Source: Candidatus Versatilivorator sp. (lineage in GTDB: Bacteria; Acidobacteriota; Terriglobia; Versatilivoradales; Versatilivoraceae). From it: a DNA stretch of 64,000 nucleotides. The stretch lies in contig OZ242296.1 in assembly GCA_965207735.1 (NCBI GenBank), positions 896,001 to 960,000 on the forward strand. Direction: 5' to 3'. Position 1 is the stretch's first letter, and the number at the start of each line of letters is the position of its first letter. The translations under genes were made by a program, and so were the position numbers. Shown piece by piece: positions 31,244 through 41,002 of this stretch. Below the pieces are notes generated by a model, which did no database searches, was not told the origin of the DNA, and saw nothing but the letters and a program-made list of their open reading frames with translations.

Positions 31244-33724
31244 TCAAAAGAATCGCATGGTATAGGTCAAGCGCACACCCCGGCCAATCTCGGGGGCCAG
31301 GTCCTTGATGAATGAGGAATGGTTGCGGTAGAGCCGGTCGCTCAGATTGAAGACCCTGACCGAGAACTGATGAGCCAGGTGCTGCTGGGCGAAGGTGTAA
31401 GAGGCCTTCAGGTTCATCACGGCGTATCCGGGCGTGCGGGTCTCGCCGGTAAAGGTCTGGTGCTGCTGTGCGGCTACAATCAACTCTGGAGAGACCCGGA
31501 AGCCCAGGTGGTTGAAGTCGAACCCCAGCTTGCCCCGAAGCGGAGGAATTCTTGGTAGCGGTGTATTGAGGTCGGTCTCCTGGGCGTCCACGTAGTCGGT
31601 GCCGAGGTTGAGCCAGAGCTTGGGATTCAGGTTGATCCCGAGGTTGGCTTCGGTTCCCAGGAAGCGGGCATTGAGCTGAGTGAATTCAATCACCGGCAAC
31701 CCATCCTCGACTATTCCGGGAGCAAAGGGAAAGATGAAGTTGTCGAAGTTGTAGTAGAAAAGGTTGAGTTCTCCTCTCAGCTTCGGACTGTTGTGGCGCA
31801 GGGACATTTCGATGCCGTCGCCCGTTTCGGGGCGAAGGGCCGGGTCGCCTATCTCGAAAGACAGCGTCCCGGCATGGGGACCGTAGTTGTAGAGTTCCTC
31901 CAGGGACGGAGCCCGAAAGGAGTGGGAGTAGTTGATGACCAGGGCTCCTCCGCTCCAGGTGTCCACCTGCAGGCCGGCTGACGCCGATGCTCCGGTAAAG
32001 GTGCGATTTACGGCCTCGGGGATTTCCTCGCCTTCTTCCGCTTCATGGTCCGCCTCTTCCTGGCCGCTCTCGTCGTCGGCATGGCCTCCCCCGCGCTCGG
32101 CAAAACCCGGCCGGTAGCGCTGCGTCTCCAGCCTGCCGCCGAACTGGAACCTGGCGGCTTCGAATTCCAGTTCCTCAAGGACGTAGAGGGCAAAGCCGGT
32201 CTGATCGATCGGGGGCGACAGCGCTTCCTCCCCGACTGCCGAGTATTCTCGATCCAGGCCCCAGAAGCCGAAGCGGCCGCTCAACGGTCCAATCTTTTTC
32301 TGCTCGAAGACTCCCCGATAGACGAATTCCTGTTGGTCGAACGTCGTGCCGACAACTTGTTCCCCGTTCTCGAAGAACTCGATCTCCTTGTGATTCCAGT
32401 CAGTCAAGCTCATTTTCAGAACAAATTCGTCTATTGCCGTCCCCAGGTCCCTCAATCCCCCGGTGAAACGGACGTTCCGGCGCCGTGAGTCGAGAAGGAT
32501 ACGGTCGATCTCCTCCTCGCCGTGATCCTCGCCTTCCTCGCCGTGGTCCTCACCCTCTTCGTCGTGATCCTCGCCTTCCTCGTCGTCATCCTCGCCCTCT
32601 TCGTCGTGATGCTCGCCTTCTTCGTCGTGGTCTTCGCCCTCTTCGTCGTGGTCCTCGTCCCCATGGCCCTCTTCGCCATGGTGTCCGTGAAACTCCTGAA
32701 CGAAGGGTACGCCGTAGGCGCCGTCGTCGAATTTGGCTTCGACACTGAAGAAAATCTTGTCCCCGTACCAGCCCAGACCCGCTCCGCCATTTCTGAGTTG
32801 AGAGCGTGAATTGTAGATCTGCCCCTGTTCCGCCGCCCTGTAGTCACCGGTTCGAACACCCCCACCGCGTCCCCAGATCATCCAGTTGCCGGTTCCAAAC
32901 TCCAGACCGGCGCTGCCCCCACCCAAGGCGTTGGCGGTGCCGCCCGATCCGGACACGAATCCGCGAAACCCCTGGTGCGCATGGCGGTGAGCTTCGTGGT
33001 GACGACTGATGGCATTGACCGTGCCGCCCATGGCGTTTCCGCTGTAGAGCAGGGTCGCCGGTCCCTTGACGATCTCCAGCCGCTCCAGCTGCGCGGGATT
33101 GATCATCTCGCCATGGTCGCCGGACTGGGACGAAAGCGTACCTGTCCGGATGCCGTCTTCCATGATCAGCACGCGGTCCCCGTCAAAACCGCGCACGATC
33201 GGCCGGGCGGGGCCCGGTCCGAAGCTGCGCTTGGCAATCCCGGTGCCGACTCTGTGGTCCAGCATTTCCCCGAGAGAGATATCGGTCGATTGACCCAGTT
33301 CATGGGGCCCGATCGATTCCACGCTCTGGAAGGATTCAAATGTCGTCTCCCGCTTTTCCGATCCCGTGACCGTGACCTCATACTGGGGGGGAGCCAATAC
33401 CAGTCGAAAATCGGCCTCGACCGTTTGACCGGCCTCGATGGTCACCGTTGCGGAGGCTTCAGTAAAAAGGCTGTCGAGATGAGCTTCAACCGTATATCTG
33501 CCGGGAGCCACTTGTTGGAACCTGTAACTTCCATCGTCCCGGCTGAGAGTGATCCGGCCCAGTTCCACAATGGTCACGCTGACGCCGTGCAGCGGTTCCC
33601 CGCCGGCTTCCAAAGAGACGCGGCCCTTCAGGCTGCCGTCCGATTGGGCGACTGCGACTGGTTGGGCCGCCAGAGACAGCGCAGCCAACCAGAGGAGTGA
33701 AAGCAACCGGATTCCAATGTGCAT
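31244..33724 (-). CDS. TonB-dependent receptor, ZnuD-like, with N-terminal carboxypeptidase-regulatory-like domain
   Basis: Signal peptide; plug motifs RPIVRGFDGDRV, DHG, KGPATLLY; RAPSLEELY..GPH; PLPRIPP; C-terminal F; His/acidic loops. Confidence 0.9.
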   Translation of the reverse strand: MHIGIRLLSLLWLAALSLAAQPVAVAQSDGSLKGRVSLEAGGEPLHGVSVTIVELGRITLSRDDGSYRFQQVAPGRYTVEAHLDSLFTEASATVTIEAGQTVEADFRLVLAPPQYEVTVTGSEKRETTFESFQSVESIGPHELGQSTDISLGEMLDHRVGTGIAKRSFGPGPARPIVRGFDGDRVLIMEDGIRTGTLSSQSGDHGEMINPAQLERLEIVKGPATLLYSGNAMGGTVNAISRHHEAHRHAHQGFRGFVSGSGGTANALGGGSAGLEFGTGNWMIWGRGGGVRTGDYRAAEQGQIYNSRSQLRNGGAGLGWYGDKIFFSVEAKFDDGAYGVPFVQEFHGHHGEEGHGDEDHDEEGEDHDEEGEHHDEEGEDDDEEGEDHDEEGEDHGEEGEDHGEEEIDRILLDSRRRNVRFTGGLRDLGTAIDEFVLKMSLTDWNHKEIEFFENGEQVVGTTFDQQEFVYRGVFEQKKIGPLSGRFGFWGLDREYSAVGEEALSPPIDQTGFALYVLEELEFEAARFQFGGRLETQRYRPGFAERGGGHADDESGQEEADHEAEEGEEIPEAVNRTFTGASASAGLQVDTWSGGALVINYSHSFRAPSLEELYNYGPHAGTLSFEIGDPALRPETGDGIEMSLRHNSPKLRGELNLFYYNFDNFIFPFAPGIVEDGLPVIEFTQLNARFLGTEANLGINLNPKLWLNLGTDYVDAQETDLNTPLPRIPPLRGKLGFDFNHLGFRVSPELIVAAQQHQTFTGETRTPGYAVMNLKASYTFAQQHLAHQFSVRVFNLSDRLYRNHSSFIKDLAPEIGRGVRLTYTMRFF
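32511..32689 (-). repeat. 21-bp tandem repeat encoding (HDEEGED)n
   Basis: About 8 imperfect heptapeptide units inside the TonB receptor. Confidence 0.85.
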
Positions 33725-34086
33725 GATGCCCTCCGAAGATAGCCGTGCCGAGTGCCAGCTTAATTGCCGAATCCGTTCTGCAGCCACTGGAATGTCAGGG
33801 GCGGGATATATGTTCGGATAAGCGGGATAAGAATCCGATCGAGCGGGACCGGTGACGACCACATAACAGTTGACGTGCTCCGTCTGTCCGGGTAATCTGC
33901 TCAGCAACGCGTTGCGGAGTATTTACCGCACAGCCCAAGAAGATATGTGGACAATCCGCTTGGTTATTAGTGGGCACACTGGCCGCGCCCGGCTGCACGA
34001 CCCCCACTCCGGGTAATTCGCGGACGGGTTGAGGGGCCGTATCGGCCTCAGTTGGGAGATTCCAATTGGCTGTGGGATCCTTGAGC

Positions 34087-36489
34087 ATGTTGGCTGCATT
34101 CTTCGACTTCCTCTGGTCGTCCTTTCTCTTGTTAGCGCCCATGCTGCTGTTGGGGCTCTTTCTTTCGGGCCTCATTCACGTCTTTATTTCGCGTAAAGCT
34201 ATTCTCCGGTGGCTCCGTGACGACAGCCTGAAGTCGGTAACCACCAGTGCGGCCATCGGCGTGCCGGTCCCGCTGTGCAGTTGCTCGGTCGTGCCCGTGG
34301 TCGCCGAGATGCGGAAGAAAGGAGCGTCCCGCTCCTCCTGCATGTCGTTCCTGATCACTGCCCCGGAAACAGGCGCGGACTCGATCCTGGTCACCAACGC
34401 CTTCTTTGGATTGGTGGCGGCAATAGTCCGGCCCATCATCAGCTTCGTCACTGCGACCGTCGCCGGCATTTTTTGCATCGGTCTCATCAGAGACGATCGC
34501 GACGCGAAAGTGAGTGGTCACGGCCACGATCATGACCACGACCACGATCATGACCATGACCACGGTTCCCACGAGCCGCTCACGCCCGGCCAGGACGACT
34601 GCTATATCAGCTTTTCTCAATTGAAAGGCGCTATGGGGCGCTGGATGAGGGGAATCGCTACGGCGGCCGGGCGGGCGGTGGGCAGGTGGAAGTCCACATC
34701 CTGGGTCAAGCCGGAGTTCTATCGCGATCAGGCGCTGGCTGACGAGCCATCCGCCGACAGGTCGCAGGTCGATGCGCCCGCGGATGACCGGATGCCGAGC
34801 TTCAAGACGATCGTCAGGCATATCTTTCGCTACGGTTTCGTCGAAATCGCCGACGACATTCTCTTCGCGCTGCTCGTCGGGGTGGCCTTGGGGGGAGTGC
34901 TCTTTCTGGTGATTCCGAGCGATCTGATGTCGAACGAGTACGCCCGCTGGATGTCCTACCCCATCATGGTTCTGGTGGGAGTTCCGCTCTACATTTGCGC
35001 ATCGGCAAGCACCCCGATCGCCGCCGCGCTGGTCGCCAAGGGTTTCAGTCCGGGAGCGGCCCTGATTTTTCTCATGACGGGTCCGGCGACCAACACGGGC
35101 ACTATCGCGATCATCACAAGCCAGTTCGGCGCGCGTTTCGCGACCATCTACGTCTCGGCCGTGATCGTAGTGACCGTCATCGTGGGTATCTTGATTGATA
35201 TTCTGCTTCTGGCCACAGGCATGACCATCCCCGTGTACCTGGGGGCCTCGGACTCGCCGGCCATATTGTTGCTGCAATGGGGAGGCGCCTTGGGCCTCAT
35301 CGCCCTGATCATCTGGCGATTCCGGGCCGGCGCCTTGCGAAGCGGCTGGGAGGATCTGATGGTCAACATCCGGCCTCTGTCCAGGGGCTGGAGACAGGCG
35401 TGGGAACGTCTGACCCGAGGCCGGTCCCTCCGCGGCGCCATCACTCCGACCACTCCGGCGGGCAGGGGTCTCTCCGTTGTGGTCCTTGCCCTTTTCCTCG
35501 GCAGCGGCTTCACCTCCGTGCCTCCGGGAGAGGTCGGCTACGGTCGCCTGTTGGGCAAGGTTGTCTGGAGGGACCTGGAGCCGGGACTGCACTACCTTGT
35601 CCCCTGGCCCTTCGTTCAGGTCGATAAATGGCCGGTCCGGGAAGTGAAGTCGCTCATGGCCGGCGACGCCCACGAATACGTTTCCGGCGATCTGAACCTG
35701 ATTTCTCTCGTGGTCAATGTGCAATATCGGGTGAAGGACCCTTACCTCTACCATTACCGGATAAGCGACGCCCAGAGAATCGTCAAGGACGGCGTCAGGG
35801 ACCATGTGCGCTCCTTCGTATCCGCCCGAGATATGGATCAGCTCCTCAATGTTCATCGCGCAGCCTTGGAGGAGAGCGTCAACGAATTGTTCCAAAGCGA
35901 GCATCTGTCGCATCCGGAAGCGCAAGCCTTGGCGTTCGAGAGCGTCGAACTGGTGAAGGTGAACCTGTCGGCCATCAGTCCCGTACCCGAGGCCATGAGC
36001 GCGTTCCGGGAGGTATCGAGCGCGCAAGAGGACAAAGCTCGCATCATCACCAATGCGCAGCGGCTCCTGGTGTCTCTGATTCCCCAGGCGCACGGTAATG
36101 CCGACTACGAGGTGAAACAGGCCGCCGGCGAGGCGCACCGGAGAGTGAAGACGTCCGGGGCTGAGGCCGGTGCGATCCAGCGGGTGGCCGCGGCCATCCG
36201 AAGTGCTCCGAATGTGCTACGGAATATGCTGTGGCGGGAAAAACTGGAAACCGCACTGTCCGATAAACCCAAGATCATTGTGCCCAACAGACGTAGTCTG
36301 GATAAGGTTTCCTTGTGGAAGGGAAGATCGGCGGGGTCGGGCGCCAAAGCCCGTCATGTCGGCGCCGACAGGAACGCTGCAGACGGCGGGATGAGGGATG
36401 GCGCCAAGAGCGCCGGCCCGAAGAATTCGAAGAAGCCGGCCGACCCGCCCAAGGAATCAACAGCCAATCAGCCGGGAGAAAAAAAGTGA
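34087..36489 (+). CDS. DUF318/SO_0444-family metal permease fused to a C-terminal HflK-like SPFH domain
   Basis: PLCSCSVVP, PETGADS, (HD)n tract, PLYICASASTP, GPATN; then TM + GFTSVPPGEVG..PGLHY..PWP..SGDLNLI..VQYRV..AFREVSSAQED. Confidence 0.85.
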   Translation: MLAAFFDFLWSSFLLLAPMLLLGLFLSGLIHVFISRKAILRWLRDDSLKSVTTSAAIGVPVPLCSCSVVPVVAEMRKKGASRSSCMSFLITAPETGADSILVTNAFFGLVAAIVRPIISFVTATVAGIFCIGLIRDDRDAKVSGHGHDHDHDHDHDHDHGSHEPLTPGQDDCYISFSQLKGAMGRWMRGIATAAGRAVGRWKSTSWVKPEFYRDQALADEPSADRSQVDAPADDRMPSFKTIVRHIFRYGFVEIADDILFALLVGVALGGVLFLVIPSDLMSNEYARWMSYPIMVLVGVPLYICASASTPIAAALVAKGFSPGAALIFLMTGPATNTGTIAIITSQFGARFATIYVSAVIVVTVIVGILIDILLLATGMTIPVYLGASDSPAILLLQWGGALGLIALIIWRFRAGALRSGWEDLMVNIRPLSRGWRQAWERLTRGRSLRGAITPTTPAGRGLSVVVLALFLGSGFTSVPPGEVGYGRLLGKVVWRDLEPGLHYLVPWPFVQVDKWPVREVKSLMAGDAHEYVSGDLNLISLVVNVQYRVKDPYLYHYRISDAQRIVKDGVRDHVRSFVSARDMDQLLNVHRAALEESVNELFQSEHLSHPEAQALAFESVELVKVNLSAISPVPEAMSAFREVSSAQEDKARIITNAQRLLVSLIPQAHGNADYEVKQAAGEAHRRVKTSGAEAGAIQRVAAAIRSAPNVLRNMLWREKLETALSDKPKIIVPNRRSLDKVSLWKGRSAGSGAKARHVGADRNAADGGMRDGAKSAGPKNSKKPADPPKESTANQPGEKK

Positions 36490-37382
36490 TGACCTTGAAG
36501 GCAAAAAGAGTCGCCGCAACCATTGCCGTGATTGCTTTTGGCGTCGTTGCCTACGATGCCCACTACATCATCGACGAAACGCAGCAGGGGGTGCTGACCC
36601 ACTTCGGCAGGATTTCTCCTCCCGTCAAACAGCCCGGTCTCCACCTCAAGTGGCCCTGGCCCATCTCCAAGGTATACAAGGTTGATCGCCGCATTCATGT
36701 TCTCACCGACCTCACCCAGGAATTGATTACGGAAGACCAGAAGAGCGTTCTGATCAACGGGTATCTGCAATGGCGGGTCCAGGATCCCATCCTCTTCGTC
36801 GAGGCGATCCGAACCGCCCAGAGCGCCACCGAGCGGCTGAGGAATCTGTACACCTCGAGCAGCGGCATCGTCATCAGCAACGAGGCCCGGGACGCCTTTA
36901 TCAGTCTGGGCCTGGAACACGAAGATCTGACCAAGGCCGCCAGGGAGATTGTCGGCCTCATTGCGCCCATCGCAAGCGAGAACTACGGTATCGAGGTGAC
37001 CGGGGGCGGAATCGTCGAATACACCTTGCCGCTGGAGAACCGGCCAAGCGTGATTCAGCGAATGATCTCGGAGCGCGCCCGCATCGCCGCCCGCTATCGC
37101 AGTGAAGGGGAAGAGATGGCGATCCGCGTCGAGGCACGGGCCATCAACGAGCACGAAAAGCTCATGGCCGATGCCCACGCGGAAGCAACCGCCATTCTTG
37201 GCGATGCGGAAGCCGAAGCGATGCAGTTGCTCGGCAAGGCCTATCGACAGGATCCGGAGTTCTACAAGTTCATCCGCGCTCTCGACAGCTACGATCTGAT
37301 CATCGACAAGAACACTACCCTCATGCTGCCGGCGGATAACGAGTTGTTCAAGTATCTCGACAGCAGGCAAGTACCCAGATAG
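36489..37382 (+). CDS. HflC-like SPFH protein
   Basis: ATG overlaps the upstream TGA; THFGR, PGLHLKWPWP, RMISER..AARYRSEGEE, AYRQDPEFYKFIRALDSY. Confidence 0.88.
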   Translation: MTLKAKRVAATIAVIAFGVVAYDAHYIIDETQQGVLTHFGRISPPVKQPGLHLKWPWPISKVYKVDRRIHVLTDLTQELITEDQKSVLINGYLQWRVQDPILFVEAIRTAQSATERLRNLYTSSSGIVISNEARDAFISLGLEHEDLTKAAREIVGLIAPIASENYGIEVTGGGIVEYTLPLENRPSVIQRMISERARIAARYRSEGEEMAIRVEARAINEHEKLMADAHAEATAILGDAEAEAMQLLGKAYRQDPEFYKFIRALDSYDLIIDKNTTLMLPADNELFKYLDSRQVPR

Positions 37383-37396
37383 TTCGGGTTCGGCTA

Positions 37397-38692
37397 ATGA
37401 ACGGACAACAATCAACTCCGACAAGCACGCGAGTCATATACGCCGTATTTGACTTTTACGGGTTGCACCGCACCCAGATTCTTGCGGGCCTCGCCGCGGT
37501 GGTCTTGATCTGCCTGCTGGCCACCGGCTTCTACATCGTCAAGAAGGAGGAGCAGGGCCTGCGCACCCGCTTCGGGCGAGTGGTCGATGCGGAAGTCGGT
37601 CCGGGAATCGGATACCGCATCCCCCTCATCGAACGGATGCACATCCGCAAGGTCAAGAGAATCGTCGGATACCGGATAGCCAGCAGGGACAGCGATACGA
37701 TCAACTTCACGGTCCTGTCCGGAGACACCAACCTTCTCGAAGTCGATGTGGCCATTCAGTACAGAATTGGCAACCTCAGGCAGTTCCTGTTTGCGAGCAC
37801 CGACCCCCAGACTTTGCTCACCATGCTCGTTCGCGAGGAACTGATCAACATTCTCGGGCAGCACTTTATCGACTTGATCTTCACTTCGAATCGCAATCTC
37901 ATTCAGCAGCATCTGATCGACGCCGTGATCGGGCGCCTCGAATCTCTGGATGTCGGCATGGAGCTCATCACGCTGAAAATCGTCAATGTGCGACCGATCC
38001 CGGAGACCCGTGATGCGTTCCGGGATGTCAACGATGCCATCGCCGAACGCGAGCAGGCCGTGAGCGGAGCAAATCGCAGGAGAGAACAGTTGATCGCTCG
38101 CAGCAAGGGGCAGGCTGAAGCGTTGATAATGAACGCCAAGGCGAGCGCCCGGGAACGGATTGTTCAGGCGCGAAGCAGCGCCGGCGTCTTCAGGGCGCTG
38201 CTGGCTGAATATCGGAAGCAGCCGCAGTCTGTGGCCATCACGCGTTACTGGCAACGCATGCGAGCGATCTTTACCGAGGCAAGCCTGGCGATGGTGAACC
38301 CGGGCCGGCCATCCACCATCGACATCAACATGATTGACGGCGCACCGGGATTCACCCCGGCCCAGATGTTGTTGCAAGCGCCGCCTACGGATTCTGCAGC
38401 TCTCGAGGGGCGGCTGCCCGGTTCGACGGTGGCGCCGGACATTCACACGCTGGAAAACATCGGGAAGGACAAACTCCTGCTGGAAGGACAGTTTCATAGA
38501 GAACGCACTGAGCGCGACCATCAAAAGGGAGCCAACCCCCGGTCGCTCATATTCGATACGCCGTCCATATTCTCCCATCGGCACATAAGGCCTCGCGGAG
38601 GGATTGTCAGGCAGCAGGAGAGCCAGAAGCCGATGGTGGAGTCGATGGCTGAGGAAGGCGCGGAGAAAGACAAGCCTGCGAAGGGGAAATAG
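37397..38692 (+). CDS. HflK-like SPFH protein with long C-terminal extension
   Basis: TM + GFYIV..EQG..RFG, GPG, SGDTNLL, QYRI, DAFRDVNDA, A.G.A helical repeats. Confidence 0.85.
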   Translation: MNGQQSTPTSTRVIYAVFDFYGLHRTQILAGLAAVVLICLLATGFYIVKKEEQGLRTRFGRVVDAEVGPGIGYRIPLIERMHIRKVKRIVGYRIASRDSDTINFTVLSGDTNLLEVDVAIQYRIGNLRQFLFASTDPQTLLTMLVREELINILGQHFIDLIFTSNRNLIQQHLIDAVIGRLESLDVGMELITLKIVNVRPIPETRDAFRDVNDAIAEREQAVSGANRRREQLIARSKGQAEALIMNAKASARERIVQARSSAGVFRALLAEYRKQPQSVAITRYWQRMRAIFTEASLAMVNPGRPSTIDINMIDGAPGFTPAQMLLQAPPTDSAALEGRLPGSTVAPDIHTLENIGKDKLLLEGQFHRERTERDHQKGANPRSLIFDTPSIFSHRHIRPRGGIVRQQESQKPMVESMAEEGAEKDKPAKGK

Positions 38693-38693
38693 C

Positions 38694-39884
38694 ATGACCG
38701 AATGTCTGCTCCGGAAATGTCGATCAGCGCCGTTGCTGGTATTACCGTTGCTGTTGGCACCCTGGCCTTCGATGGCGGCCGACGGCGTCTACGCGGACAA
38801 AATCGTCTTTGGACAGAGCGCCTGTCTATCGGGGCCCAACAGGGATCTGGGGCGCCATTACCGGGCAGGTATCCTGGTGGCCTTCGGGGAACGGAACGCT
38901 CTCGGGGGGATCGACGGCAGGTCTCTGGAACTGATCACGCGCGACGACGGCTACGAGCCGGGCCAGGCAGCGGCGAACGCGCAGAGATTCGTCGCCGAGG
39001 ACGATGTGTTGGCCGTCATCGGCGGGGTGGGAACGCCTACCTCGAGGCGGATCGCTCCAGTGCTGCGAGCGGCCAAGATTCCGTTTGTGGGACACATTAC
39101 GGGCGCCGGCTTTCTGCGCGATGCCGGGCAGTATCCGAATGTCGTCAATCTGAGGGCGAGTTATCAGGACGAAATCCGCATGCTGGTAAACCACACCGTT
39201 GGCCACCACGGCAAGAGACGGTTCGGCATCATCTACCAGGACGATGCCTTCGGTCGATCGGGGCTGAAGGGCTACAAGGTGGCGCTCGACGAGCACGGTC
39301 TTCCCCTGCTGGCGAAAGCGGCCTTTTCGCGCAATACCCATGCCGTCCATGCCAGCCTCTTCTCCCTGGCCAAGGCCGATCTGGATGTGATTCTGGTCGT
39401 CGGAACCTACACCACCAATGCAGATATCATCAACTTGGCAAAGAGCCTGGGACACGACTACATCATGGCCAACCTGTCTTTCGTCCTGTCCTATGAATTG
39501 AAGAAGAGAATCGAGGTGCCGGGCAGCCGAATCGTGGTAACCGAGGTCGTGCCTGACGTGAACGACCCGAATAGTCGAGTCGTTCAGAGTTTTCGGCGCG
39601 CCCTTCGAGCGTCAGGCGGACGAACGGTAAAATCCGAAATGCCCGCGATCAACGAGGTATCTCTGGAAGGCTATATACTTGGCCGCTTTGTCATCGCCGT
39701 GCTGGAACGCATGGACGGGGAGTGGACGCGAGAGCGCTTTCTGGATCGGGCTTTGCAATCCGGCCCCGTGGACATTGATGACTGGAAGGTTGAATTCAAG
39801 CCGGGGACGAACACCGGATCGAGCTACGTCAGGTTGACCGTGTTCAATGGCCACGATTCCCACGAGAGGAGAGAGGGTCCTTGA
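38694..39884 (+). CDS. periplasmic substrate-binding protein (LIV/type I family)
   Basis: Signal peptide, FGQSACLSGP, DDGYEP, VGTPT, RASYQDE, YQDDAFG. Confidence 0.85.
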   Translation: MTECLLRKCRSAPLLVLPLLLAPWPSMAADGVYADKIVFGQSACLSGPNRDLGRHYRAGILVAFGERNALGGIDGRSLELITRDDGYEPGQAAANAQRFVAEDDVLAVIGGVGTPTSRRIAPVLRAAKIPFVGHITGAGFLRDAGQYPNVVNLRASYQDEIRMLVNHTVGHHGKRRFGIIYQDDAFGRSGLKGYKVALDEHGLPLLAKAAFSRNTHAVHASLFSLAKADLDVILVVGTYTTNADIINLAKSLGHDYIMANLSFVLSYELKKRIEVPGSRIVVTEVVPDVNDPNSRVVQSFRRALRASGGRTVKSEMPAINEVSLEGYILGRFVIAVLERMDGEWTRERFLDRALQSGPVDIDDWKVEFKPGTNTGSSYVRLTVFNGHDSHERREGP

Positions 39885-40372
39885 AAAAGGTAGACGAGTT
39901 CACCACCGAAGAGGTCGGCGAGGAATGGCTGCGCGAGCTCTACAAGGTTGTCGCTATGCGCCGTGGCACCATGTTCCGGTTGATTACCGAATCGACGCGC
40001 ATGTTGCTTTACGGAAACGCCGGCGGCGCGGCCTTGGTGGTCGGATTCATGAGAGAGCCTTCAGGAAGCCCCGAGAATACGGTGTACCACTGGTTTTCCC
40101 TGCTGACCCTGGTCGTGTTCGGGTTCGGAATCCTGGCCTCGGCCCTGACCATGGTGCTGGTGACTCTGGTCTCGGTGAAGGAGGCCCACGGGGCGGAAAC
40201 CGGATTGAAGGAGTTTGTCGACGGCGATTTGGATCGGACACGGGTGCTGTTTAAAGTTGCGGGCCAGACCTTTCGCCTCGCCGATTTCGCCACGGTGTCC
40301 GGCACCGTCAGCGCCATGAGCTTCATGCTCGGCGGATTGAGCAGCATCGTCCTGCTGACCCTGTTCTTCTAG
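39881..40372 (+). CDS. hypothetical membrane protein (about 3 TMs)
   Basis: TTG start overlaps the upstream TGA, with RBS GAGGG; hydrophobic segments. Confidence 0.65.
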   Translation: MKKVDEFTTEEVGEEWLRELYKVVAMRRGTMFRLITESTRMLLYGNAGGAALVVGFMREPSGSPENTVYHWFSLLTLVVFGFGILASALTMVLVTLVSVKEAHGAETGLKEFVDGDLDRTRVLFKVAGQTFRLADFATVSGTVSAMSFMLGGLSSIVLLTLFF

Positions 40373-40397
40373 CCCTCCCTAGAACCGGACCATCACC

Positions 40398-40997
40398 ATG
40401 CTTCAGCTTGCCGGTTCGCTCCTCGCCCCGGTTGCAGGCGCCTTGCTGTACGGGTGGTTGCACAACCGGCCCTATGGCGTGCGCCTCGTTGACGGCTTCA
40501 TGTATGTAGCGGTGCCGGCACTCGTCCTGTGGCAAGTCGTTCCGCACGCCTGGGCCAGTCACGGCCTACTGGCCATTGGGGTCATCGTCCTGGGCATAGT
40601 CACACCCGCTCTCATCGAGCGCCTCTCTCACAAGCTTGCTCCGCACACCGACAACCTGGCTCTCCTGGCCGGGTTGTCGGGGCTGTCGCTGCACGCGTTT
40701 CTGGAGGGAGCGGCGCTCGTTTCAAAAGCGCTTCATATCGGACTCGCCGTGATTCTGCACCGGATTCCGGTCGGCCTGACGGTCTGGTGGTTGTTACGTC
40801 CCCGTCACGGCTTCAGGGGAGCTTCACTGGGAATTGCGGCGATCCTCGTGGCCACGGTCGCCGGTTACGCTGCCGGCGCCCGTTTCTTCGGGGACGGTCA
40901 TAGCGGTGCAGGGCTCTATCAGGCGTTTGTCGGCGGATCGCTTCTGCACGTGGTGTTTCACCAGAGCCGCCGCGACCATAGTCACGAGCACGACTAG
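40398..40997 (+). CDS. short ZIP-like membrane protein with His-rich tail
   Basis: LSLHAFLEG and LHRIPVG resemble ZIP TM4/TM5; C-terminus DHSHEHD. Confidence 0.7.
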   Translation: MLQLAGSLLAPVAGALLYGWLHNRPYGVRLVDGFMYVAVPALVLWQVVPHAWASHGLLAIGVIVLGIVTPALIERLSHKLAPHTDNLALLAGLSGLSLHAFLEGAALVSKALHIGLAVILHRIPVGLTVWWLLRPRHGFRGASLGIAAILVATVAGYAAGARFFGDGHSGAGLYQAFVGGSLLHVVFHQSRRDHSHEHD

Positions 40998-41002
40998 CGA
41001 GG

